Of a DNA stretch of 42,068 nucleotides, positions 1 to 6,973 are shown piece after piece. The DNA is from a virus (Duplodnaviria > Caudoviricetes): IMG/VR virus record IMGVR_UViG_3300024286_000002, positions 1-42,068 of that record; one strand, written 5' to 3'. The notes beneath the pieces are model-generated. The model was not told the DNA's origin and searched no databases. It was given only the letters and a program-made list of their open reading frames with translations. The translations under genes and the position numbers were made by a program. Within the stretch, counting starts at the first letter, position 1. Each line of letters starts with the position of its first letter.

Positions 1-119
1 GCCTATTTCCTAGCTGAACTGGCCGGCACGCTGATACTTGAATCAGCCCGTCATACGGTATCGTTTGACTCAGATACCTACCGGATTCTTTATTGTTTGG
101 CGTTGCTGCCAGTTCGCTT
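1..119. repeat. Terminal direct repeat, copy 1 (circular assembly overlap)
   Basis: 1..119 is identical to 41950..42068, and a reading frame runs through the junction. Confidence 0.97.
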
Positions 120-504
120 GCTCGCTTACATGATCGCGTTCAAAACCTCCAAATGGCTCTCACTTGTTTGCATCCCATTCGCTGGCATTCTGTTATGGAT
201 TGCCTTGCGAGGCGTAGGAGAGCCAACGCTAGATCAGTGGATTATCATTGCCGATGGCGTAGCAGTGACTGTAGCGGGTATGGCCTTGACGTTTACAGCC
301 CCTTTCACGCTACATCGCAACGTCTATGGGACTTTAGCTATCCTTTGGATGTTGCTGGGCTTATTTGACTTCGGATACGTTTTGCAGCCCTATGGCAAAT
401 GGCAGGAGTTGAATGACTCATTATTGCCGGTCATGGTCATTGGGGCTTTCGGCTGGATTGGTATAACTGGCTGGTCTAAGCGGCTTCAAGCTGCCCACCG
501 ATAA
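1..504 (+). CDS. Multi-pass membrane protein, 3' part (gene spans the circular junction; probable start TTG 41848 or 41866)
   Basis: Frame is open from base 1 (AYFLAELAGTLIL...) into the 97..504 ORF; about 6-7 hydrophobic segments overall. Confidence 0.75.
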   Translation, partial: AYFLAELAGTLILESARHTVSFDSDTYRILYCLALLPVRLLAYMIAFKTSKWLSLVCIPFAGILLWIALRGVGEPTLDQWIIIADGVAVTVAGMALTFTAPFTLHRNVYGTLAILWMLLGLFDFGYVLQPYGKWQELNDSLLPVMVIGAFGWIGITGWSKRLQAAHR

Positions 505-886
505 CCTCAAGCATGACTACCTCGCCCACCGATAGCGCCAGCGTGAACAGAGCATAGAGCTCATCGAATGCTTTGCGGCTCTCGCCTATGAAGTCCTGCC
601 CCGCACTCATGCCTACCAAGATGCAGCCTTCGGTGTCGGTAGGATAATTTCCCCAGTGGATCAATATGTTAGAGCGATTCGGAATGTCGTCAACGTGCGG
701 TACATTGCGGCCAAAGCGCGGCGAGTATCTGTTCGCTACTGGGTACATTCCCTGCGGAATTGCAGAGCCTGGTAGGCCGTCTTTTACCGGCAGCTCTAGC
801 GTGTAGCCTAGCTTATCGCCATTTACGTAGAGCTCGCCAATGGTGCTTTTATCAGTGAAGGTCAAACGCTGGATTCTTATTTCCAT
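476..886 (-). CDS. DUF5675 family protein, putative peptidoglycan-acting lysin
   Basis: STIGELY..G...YTLE, AIP.G.Y, SPRFG, R..ILIH.GN...DT.GCILVG motifs. Confidence 0.85.
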   Translation of the reverse strand: MEIRIQRLTFTDKSTIGELYVNGDKLGYTLELPVKDGLPGSAIPQGMYPVANRYSPRFGRNVPHVDDIPNRSNILIHWGNYPTDTEGCILVGMSAGQDFIGESRKAFDELYALFTLALSVGEVVMLEVIGGQLEAA

Positions 887-1049
887 ATGATTTTAGGAGC
901 CAGAGGATGACTTTCGTCGCTGGCTCCTCAACGTGGTGTCACTCCTCCTATGGCTGGATTTAACACAGAAAATCGTGGGGCCGCGAGTGTACCTCGGATG
1001 GAACAATTCGACGGCCCCCGTTTTGGCGCGACGCTATCGGGCCAAAATC
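887..1049 (-). ncRNA. Candidate structured leader RNA upstream of the DUF5675 gene
   Basis: Stems AGGAGCCAG/CTGGCTCCT (with inner GAC-GAAA-GUC), GGGGCCG/CGGCCCC and TTTTGGC/GCCAAAA fill the intergenic gap. Confidence 0.45.
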
Positions 1050-1580
1050 TTACTTGAGCGGATTCACTACAGGAGCATCGTTCAAGTCAAAGTCAACCGC
1101 TTGCGGCGGCGGCGCCTGTGAGATCGGAATCGCAAACGTATGAGTAATTGCCGTGCCCGCGCCATTGACGCCGTTCGCGGTAAGATTGAACGAAGCTCCC
1201 GTTACGGTGGCATCGGCTGCCGCTGTAATCAGGAAAGGATTCGTAGCATCCTGAGTCAGAACGACCAGCGGATTATCCGAAGTAACGGTGGGGCCGGATT
1301 GTAGTGCGACAGCGTTTGCCGGAACCAAGCTCAACACGTATTGTGAGCTTGATCCTGCGGTTACTGGACTAATAGCCATGATTATATCTCCTTGTATCGA
1401 ATTCAGATTGAAATCAGTTGCCTCGATCGGCGGTGGCTGGAGAGCCTTGCAGATGCACGCCAAATGATTGTTCATTTCTACAAGTTCATTGGCGATGCGT
1501 CTTAATTGCCTAAGTTCACCAGGTTCGTATTCAAATCCATGTTGCCATTTAGGGCAGCAAGATTCATCGTGTTTAGGCAT
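1050..1580 (-). CDS. Ig-like beta protein with Cys-rich/helical N-terminal extension; second in-frame start at 1379
   Basis: GGGAG RBS before ATG 1580; AAGGAG 8 nt before ATG 1379. Confidence 0.75.
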   Translation of the reverse strand: MPKHDESCCPKWQHGFEYEPGELRQLRRIANELVEMNNHLACICKALQPPPIEATDFNLNSIQGDIIMAISPVTAGSSSQYVLSLVPANAVALQSGPTVTSDNPLVVLTQDATNPFLITAAADATVTGASFNLTANGVNGAGTAITHTFAIPISQAPPPQAVDFDLNDAPVVNPLK

Positions 1581-1655
1581 TTTAGCTCCCTAGATACCGC
1601 CAGAGTTGCATGAGTTTGTTTCAGGCGCAAGAGTCTTTCTATTCAAAAGCGAACA

Positions 1656-1835
1656 CTACCCGCGCATCGAATCCAGATTCGATTTGCTAATGATGTCAAC
1701 TTTGTGAGCGATGATGGCGTCGATTGCCGCTTGTATCGCTGCGATCAATTCAGCGGGAGCCTTGCCACCTTTCAAGCCGGAAAGGAACGGCAGCAAAAAC
1801 TGGATGCCTAGTTCAAGTAAGGTGAGATACATCAT
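1656..1835 (-). CDS. Small amphipathic protein (59 aa, not in ORF track)
   Basis: MMYLTLLELGIQFLLPFLSGLKGGKAPAELIAAIQAAIDAIIAHK...; ATGA overlap with upstream stop. Confidence 0.7.
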   Translation of the reverse strand: MMYLTLLELGIQFLLPFLSGLKGGKAPAELIAAIQAAIDAIIAHKVDIISKSNLDSMRG

Positions 1836-2209
1836 TTCCCTCCCGTGACGGCCTTAAGGTCGCCGGCAATCTGATTGTAGTTGGCAATGGCCGCTTGGAG
1901 TTTTGCTACGGCTTGGTCATAGGCCGCTGTACCCTTTTGTGGAGCATTGCACGCCCCGCCAGCATTGAAATCCGGCCCTGAACAATAGACAGTAATTGCA
2001 TCGATCAGCAAATCCTTGGCCGCTACCGCTTTAGCTAAATCCACACAGATCGTAGAGCCTGGAACCGTCGCGCACTCTGGATGCTGGAGCTTTTCTTGGT
2101 CGAGAAATGCCTTCGCCGCGACTACCGTATTGTAGGCAGTTCGCTCTACAGGCGTACATCCAGCAATCAAAACAATTGCTAACAACATGGCCGGAAATGC
2201 TTTCCTCAT
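1832..2209 (-). CDS. Lipoprotein (possible spanin-like or lysis accessory)
   Basis: AAGGAG RBS; MRKAFPAMLLAIVLIAG|C lipobox; helical body with 4 further Cys. Confidence 0.8.
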   Translation of the reverse strand: MRKAFPAMLLAIVLIAGCTPVERTAYNTVVAAKAFLDQEKLQHPECATVPGSTICVDLAKAVAAKDLLIDAITVYCSGPDFNAGGACNAPQKGTAAYDQAVAKLQAAIANYNQIAGDLKAVTGGK

Positions 2210-2330
2210 AGTTCTCCTTTCAGATTTTACCGCCCTACATGGGCACTCTGTCCGCCAAAGCCAGTTGGACGGCCTTCTTCCCTCCGCCAATGATTGGTAC
2301 TAGGCAAAGTGCCCATGAAACTTTTACCGC
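2210..2330 (-). promoter_or_regulatory. Structured, repeat-containing leader of the lipoprotein-lysin gene block
   Basis: 10-bp inverted repeat (2238-2247/2308-2317), two TTGGCGGA copies inside, two GCGGTAAAA copies flanking. Confidence 0.5.
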
Positions 2331-2434
2331 TGCGAAGCTGCTACCAGCACCACTCCTGCCCAAAACATAGCCCAAAGCAGAAAGATGCCAATATCGTTGT
2401 TTTCTATGGAATTGCCAGAGGATTTCAGACGCAT
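2324..2434 (-). CDS. Small single-TM protein (36 aa)
   Basis: MRLKSSGNSIENNDIGIFLLWAMFWAGVVLVAASQR; overlaps upstream stop. Confidence 0.4.
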   Translation of the reverse strand: MRLKSSGNSIENNDIGIFLLWAMFWAGVVLVAASQR

Positions 2435-2601
2435 ATCCGCATCTCTTTTAACCAGCGCTTGTCAGCTTCGGTCAGGTTCAATTTGCTATCGACATTTTCA
2501 CGCACATACTCTTTTAGCTTTTCTAATTCGTTGAGGGCATTTTCCAGTTCTGGATTTTGGCGCTGATGAGTCATGCGATAGTATAGGCTGTTATCGTCCA
2601 T
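2425..2601 (-). CDS. Hypothetical protein (58 aa, not in ORF track)
   Basis: MDDNSLYYRMTHQ...LTEADKRWLKEMRICV; GGAGG RBS; fills the gap. Confidence 0.65.
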   Translation of the reverse strand: MDDNSLYYRMTHQRQNPELENALNELEKLKEYVRENVDSKLNLTEADKRWLKEMRICV

Positions 2602-2914
2602 CGGGCTGGCCTCCTAGGTTCTTTGCTAGAAACTCTTTGGCGCTGCCATTTAATACCGCATTGGTGCTGAATACCAGAACCTTATAGCCCATCATGGTGC
2701 CAGTGTTGCGCTTTTCGTTGTCCGCTCCCCAGCCGGCGCCATGACGGCCTTTGTGATAGCCATCAATCTCAATTGCCAGCGGCCCTTTGATGCTCTGCAC
2801 CACGAAATCCCATCTCCACTTGCGTTCTTTGCAAACCTGAACTTCGATCCAATACGACAGTTTCAGTTCTTTCAAGTGCTTGGCGAACAGGATTTCCGCT
2901 TCGCTCTTTTTCAC
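2591..2914 (-). CDS. Vsr/DUF559-like PD-(D/E)XK endonuclease
   Basis: RKWRWDF, LAIEIDG..H, D.EK.N....GY.VL.F; GTG start at 2914 overlapping upstream TGA. Confidence 0.8.
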   Translation of the reverse strand: MKKSEAEILFAKHLKELKLSYWIEVQVCKERKWRWDFVVQSIKGPLAIEIDGYHKGRHGAGWGADNEKRNTGTMMGYKVLVFSTNAVLNGSAKEFLAKNLGGQPDGR

Positions 2915-3078
2915 TTGCTCTCCATCAGATTCACACGCACTCGGACGCCAAGAATCGTCACTGTGTCCCTGCCGCCGACTGTGAGACGTTCCTTGCTGGC
3001 GGTTCGTTGATACCATTGGCGGTGATAGTTTGGATGTCTCTTGCGCCATTGCTGCATGTACTTCGCCGCCTTAGTCAT
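2911..3078 (-). CDS. Hypothetical basic protein (55 aa, not in ORF track)
   Basis: MTKAAKYMQQWRKRHPNYHRQWY...; coupled to neighbours at both ends. Confidence 0.65.
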   Translation of the reverse strand: MTKAAKYMQQWRKRHPNYHRQWYQRTASKERLTVGGRDTVTILGVRVRVNLMESK

Positions 3079-3199
3079 GCCGCGTCTCCGAGATGTGCAC
3101 CCAATGGCCCTGATTGGTTTGCAAGTCTTTCAGGTAGAACCAGGCACCGACACGCCAAACTTCCCAATCCTCGCCAGCTGAAATCCGCTTAAACTTCAT
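3071..3199 (-). CDS. Hypothetical protein (42 aa)
   Basis: MKFKRISAGEDWEVW...; ATGA overlap; GGAG RBS. Confidence 0.55.
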   Translation of the reverse strand: MKFKRISAGEDWEVWRVGAWFYLKDLQTNQGHWVHISETRHD

Positions 3200-3522
3200 A
3201 GACCGCTCCATTTCGGCTCCCGATTGTGCTTCATTCGGTGACACTTGGGACAACTCCACTGGAGATTGTGGGCGCACCAGCAACGGCTCGGACCTCTACC
3301 TCCAACGATATGGTCCATGTGCCCGTAATCCCAGCCGTAGAAAGCGCCGCACTGAAAGCATCGTCCAGCTTCTCTTTCAAATACTTCACGTCTGCGTGGC
3401 TCAACATCCCGTCCAAAGAGGTAATCGTGGCCAGCGAATGAAACATAACTTCGCCGGTCTTGGAATCTTCTGAGTTTTGTAGCTGTTCGATCATTCTGGT
3501 TGCTCAACATTCTGCGCCTCAT
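3196..3522 (-). CDS. HNH endonuclease
   Basis: C..CG, HMDHI, NLQWSCPKCHRMKH. Confidence 0.85.
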   Translation of the reverse strand: MRRRMLSNQNDRTATKLRRFQDRRSYVSFAGHDYLFGRDVEPRRREVFEREAGRCFQCGAFYGWDYGHMDHIVGGRGPSRCWCAHNLQWSCPKCHRMKHNREPKWSGL

Positions 3523-3805
3523 GCCAGCCCTTTACGTCAAATTGCCGCATCGCTTCAATTACTGCATGGCCAAACAGCGTCGGGTTTTCCTCAAGTACCA
3601 GCATGTACGCCTCGCGAATGGCTGCAAACTCGGCAAAACTTTGTTCGTCTGTGTTCCAGCAGACACGGCGCTTCTTTTCGCGATTCTCCATGCGCGAGCG
3701 AGCATCGAGAGAAGGAATTACGATCTTCACTTTCATATCGTCGGTGAGCTTGCCTTCTTTGATGAGCCAGCGTAGGCGCTCTTTTTCCTCTGCCCAGTTA
3801 GGCAT
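3491..3805 (-). CDS. Hypothetical protein
   Basis: ORF coupled within the left operon. Confidence 0.7.
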   Translation of the reverse strand: MPNWAEEKERLRWLIKEGKLTDDMKVKIVIPSLDARSRMENREKKRRVCWNTDEQSFAEFAAIREAYMLVLEENPTLFGHAVIEAMRQFDVKGWHEAQNVEQPE

Positions 3806-4010
3806 TATCGTTTCCTAGTTCCATCATTTTGATTAGCTCTAGTACTACATGAGAGGAAGAACCTTCATTCAGCAGCCATTTGACTTTTTCGAGTATTTGA
3901 TAGGCTCTAAGACAGGATTCGTGAACTCCATTTGTTCCAGATGGAACTCCCGTAACCGTTGTTGGCATTCCGCGTATCGTATCGTAATTCATCGCTGAAT
4001 TCGCCTCCAC
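3798..4010 (-). CDS. Hypothetical protein (probable start ATG 3992)
   Basis: Coupled ORF; contains HES.LRAYQILEKVK.LL. Confidence 0.65.
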   Translation of the reverse strand: MEANSAMNYDTIRGMPTTVTGVPSGTNGVHESCLRAYQILEKVKWLLNEGSSSHVVLELIKMMELGNDNA

Positions 4011-4264
4011 AGCTTCACTTCCCGCGCATGGCCATCCTCATGGGTAGTCTTTACATGGCCAGCCGGAATCCATTCGCCACCAGTGAAAACTGAGCCAGAA
4101 GCGTTTTGCAGACCGCCAACATATTTGCGTACATCGTTGATCGAGACTGTTTCTTGCTGGCCGCCGAGGAGTTGAGCTACAAACTGAGCAGCTTTCAACG
4201 AATCTTCGTGCTTTGCCGCGCCAATAGCCATTCCTTTGAGCTTGAGCTGGTGGGCGACGCTCAT
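3989..4264 (-). CDS. Hypothetical, possibly winged-helix-like protein
   Basis: Coupled ORF; GSVF...W...G......H.R.V..W pattern. Confidence 0.65.
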   Translation of the reverse strand: MSVAHQLKLKGMAIGAAKHEDSLKAAQFVAQLLGGQQETVSINDVRKYVGGLQNASGSVFTGGEWIPAGHVKTTHEDGHAREVKLWRRIQR

Positions 4265-4494
4265 GGCAGACCTGCCAGATAGTTACCGATTCCTTCAAAT
4301 AATCGGTCAATTACATCAAATTTCTTTTCTTTTACTGGATATTCCAAGATCATCTTTCCATTCTTTGTCGCTCGAAATCCCCAAATCTCGCCAAAATCAC
4401 CTTTCTCATATTCATAGCCATAGTAAAAACGATATTGTCCTGCTTCTAAAACTCCATAATCAGAAGCGATGCTGATACGGACATTTTTGCTCAT
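4261..4494 (-). CDS. Hypothetical protein
   Basis: GGAGG RBS; ATGA overlap with erf stop. Confidence 0.7.
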   Translation of the reverse strand: MSKNVRISIASDYGVLEAGQYRFYYGYEYEKGDFGEIWGFRATKNGKMILEYPVKEKKFDVIDRLFEGIGNYLAGLP

Positions 4495-5258
4495 TTGGCC
4501 TCCAGTTTGTGAACATCCACACCGCAATCTCCGGCCAGGACTTCCAACAGTCCTACCATGTTCCCTAAAGGCACTAACGTAGTTTCATCCTTCGTCTTTT
4601 TGGCTCCATTGGCGCTGAAAGCGAACCGGAGCATGTCTTGCTTGTCCTCGTTGGAGCTCAAATAGGCTCCAATGTTCACAAATTCAGCGAAATGACCGTT
4701 ATGCTTCTCAGGCAGTGTGTAGAATAGGCTGGTAACGCGTTCCTGGGCCTTTTGGGCGGTTTTATTGCCGACCTTGGCTGCCTGGGCTATCTTTTCCTTT
4801 GCGACGCCCTGAGCGGCTTCTGTTGAGCCACGGCCAGAAGCTTGATTGCCATCATCGTCCTCGCGGGGAACCACGCAAATGCTCTGCAAGGCATATCGGC
4901 AAGCGTAGGTCAGAGCTGAGCCGCACGATTGGGCGTCAAAACGATCTCTTTGGACGGCTGGTATGCTCAAATCTGATTCCATCCACTGTCCTGACTTGTG
5001 CTGTAGTCGCGTGGTGACTGTAATCATTGCCTCGCGGTTATCGCCTTCGCCGCTCCAGGTGAGTGCAGGATGCTGCATACAGGCGATTCCCTCGGCGTTC
5101 AGTTGCTCCAGCGTCGCGTCAATGATGCTGGATAGGTCTGCATACTTCGATCTAAAAGCAGGGTTTTGGCTGGACTTGATAGCTGCGCCAAACTTCGATT
5201 GCGCTGCGGTCATCGCTGCACTTAAAACTTCAATCTGATCGCTAGTTCGTATGCTCAT
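4491..5258 (-). CDS. erf: ERF-family ssDNA annealing protein
   Basis: NPAFRSKYADL, T.L.H.SGQW, Q..GSALTYA.RYAL, EDDDGN. Confidence 0.92.
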   Translation of the reverse strand: MSIRTSDQIEVLSAAMTAAQSKFGAAIKSSQNPAFRSKYADLSSIIDATLEQLNAEGIACMQHPALTWSGEGDNREAMITVTTRLQHKSGQWMESDLSIPAVQRDRFDAQSCGSALTYACRYALQSICVVPREDDDGNQASGRGSTEAAQGVAKEKIAQAAKVGNKTAQKAQERVTSLFYTLPEKHNGHFAEFVNIGAYLSSNEDKQDMLRFAFSANGAKKTKDETTLVPLGNMVGLLEVLAGDCGVDVHKLEAK

Positions 5259-5413
5259 TTCGCCGCCTGTTCCTGAAAGTATAGGTCTACGATGTAGTTC
5301 AATAGCCAAGTCAAGGTGTGGCCGTTACCTTTGGCACTCTCAACCAAAAGCTCGTAACGGCGCTTGCCTATTCTGACTGATACTGTCTCGTTTGGATTTG
5401 ATTTCTTTGCCAT
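5255..5413 (-). CDS. Ribbon-helix-helix DNA-binding protein
   Basis: TVSVRI strand followed by two helices; 52 aa. Confidence 0.7.
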   Translation of the reverse strand: MAKKSNPNETVSVRIGKRRYELLVESAKGNGHTLTWLLNYIVDLYFQEQAAK

Positions 5414-5449
5414 GCGACGATTGTCGCAAATAATCACAAATGTAGTCAA
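5413..5449 (-). promoter_or_regulatory. Promoter with overlapping palindromic operator; leaderless start
   Basis: TTGACT-N18-GACAAT-N6-ATG; TGCGAC-N4-GTCGCA palindrome at 5413-5428. Confidence 0.6.
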
Positions 5450-5468
5450 GCTAATAATGCAAGTACTA

Positions 5469-5774
5469 TCAAAAAAGGTACTCGCGGCTTCCTTCGGCTG
5501 TCACTCGGTAGCGGTTGCCGTGCTGATCGGTGAGTACATTCTGCCGGTTTAGCGATGAATGGCGAGCTTCCACTTGAGCACAAAGGATACTGGCATGAGC
5601 TTTGCCTAGCCAGTTGATTACAAACCTCTGGTAGTTCTTCTTTCTGCGCCTAGGATTGGCATCCAGCCAGAGCTTCATTTTCATTAGTTCGCCGGCTACG
5701 TTCAGCGGGGCATAGACTCGCTCCCATTCCAGCAAACGCCAATCAGCTATGCGGAAGTACGTGCAGTCAAGCAT
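5469..5774 (-). CDS. Protein resembling the C-terminal domain of phage replication initiators
   Basis: EL.KMK.WL.ANP.RRKK.Y.RF..NWL motif. Confidence 0.55.
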   Translation of the reverse strand: MLDCTYFRIADWRLLEWERVYAPLNVAGELMKMKLWLDANPRRRKKNYQRFVINWLGKAHASILCAQVEARHSSLNRQNVLTDQHGNRYRVTAEGSREYLF

Positions 5775-6973
5775 GCATCCTCCGCTTTGCGTTTATGGAT
5801 TAAATCCTTGTACTTCTGGTAGGCATCGCTCTTTGGCTGTGTCTGGCCTAGTCCTTTGCACCAATAGTCATTTCTCAAAAGAACCTTACACATCCGTCGC
5901 CAAGATGGAGCCCAACACTTAGCCTCGAGCTCTGGCGGGGCTTCCTCTGGAATAGTTGAATAGCCGCGCTTATGCCATCCATAGATAAACTTCTTGAAAC
6001 GGTAAAAGTAATGCTCTCTGGTTTTCTTTGGCATGGTTTGCAAGAGCAAATTGCAAAAGGATTTCCAGGTATGACCAGGCGGCTTTGAAATTTTGTTGTA
6101 GCCGGTCATATTTCCGCTTTCCTCTATGTAAATAGCCCCTGAATTGGCTCCATTAACGCGGCTAACCAGCTTGAACCACGTTTCTGGCTCTAGGATGTGA
6201 TACAGCCAGATTCCTCTGCGTTGATCGTCTCCAAATGGTTGGCAAAGCCTTTGTTGGCTCAATGGCACGCCGGCCATCTGCATCTTGTCGTAAATCTTGT
6301 TGTGTGGTTTTTCTGGATATTTGGCCGCATACTTCCAAACGTCCTCAGTCTGCCAATCATAAATCGGGTATATGTTAAAAACCTTGTCCACAATCTTCGT
6401 AGTCCATCGCCAGCCATTCATCGTTAAACCAATCTTTTCCCAGGTAGCAATGGCGCAATAACGATGCAAGGACTCTTGAGCGCGAATGCCGATAAAACCA
6501 GCCGTGGATTTGCCTTGCCCATACCACTCGCCAAAAAGGACGATAAACTCCTCAAATTCCATGCCGGCAACGGCGAATGGATAATCCTTTTCAGTCTTAG
6601 CTAGCGGTGGTTTTTGGCGAATCCATAAGTCCTTTTTCTCCTCATCCCAAGCTGTCCAGCGCGGCTCATAGTTTGTCAGCGCATTCCGTAAAACAATCGG
6701 CATAGCAATCCAATGCGGCTCGATATGATCTTTGTAGAGAGCGAATATCTCCTCTACGTGGTCAATGGTGTCTCTGTATTGGGCCTCAAAGTCTATGTAC
6801 ATTAGCCCAACCTTAACACCACGTTTGATTGCTTCCTCCATGACTAAATGTGTGAGAGTTGTAGAGTCTTTCCCACCGGAGAAAGCTACATACTGTCTTT
6901 CGGTATTGTCGAATGCCAGAGATATTCTCTTTCTAGCGGCTGTCAAAACGTCAGTGTCAATGTACTTTTTCAT
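5747..6973 (-). CDS. ibrA: PAPS-reductase/DUF3440 protein (IbrA/YbdN-like)
   Basis: AFSGGKDS PP-loop, GIRAQESLHR, YPIYDW, QRLCQPFG, RVNGANSG, PSWRRMCK.LL.ND. Confidence 0.9.
   Translation of the reverse strand: MKKYIDTDVLTAARKRISLAFDNTERQYVAFSGGKDSTTLTHLVMEEAIKRGVKVGLMYIDFEAQYRDTIDHVEEIFALYKDHIEPHWIAMPIVLRNALTNYEPRWTAWDEEKKDLWIRQKPPLAKTEKDYPFAVAGMEFEEFIVLFGEWYGQGKSTAGFIGIRAQESLHRYCAIATWEKIGLTMNGWRWTTKIVDKVFNIYPIYDWQTEDVWKYAAKYPEKPHNKIYDKMQMAGVPLSQQRLCQPFGDDQRRGIWLYHILEPETWFKLVSRVNGANSGAIYIEESGNMTGYNKISKPPGHTWKSFCNLLLQTMPKKTREHYFYRFKKFIYGWHKRGYSTIPEEAPPELEAKCWAPSWRRMCKVLLRNDYWCKGLGQTQPKSDAYQKYKDLIHKRKAEDACLTARTSA

Noticed and set aside
1-119. 119-bp terminal repeat as a biological DTR or att site
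   Set aside because: It is an exact copy falling mid-gene, with a length typical of an assembler k-mer overlap
2563-2590. CTGATGA hammerhead-like cores (also near 16064, 16159 and 25055)
   Set aside because: No stem II followed by GAAA, and all lie within coding sequence
2915-3049. N-terminal extension of the endonuclease ORF
   Set aside because: A coupled 55-aa ORF in another frame occupies this stretch, and GTG 2914 has an RBS
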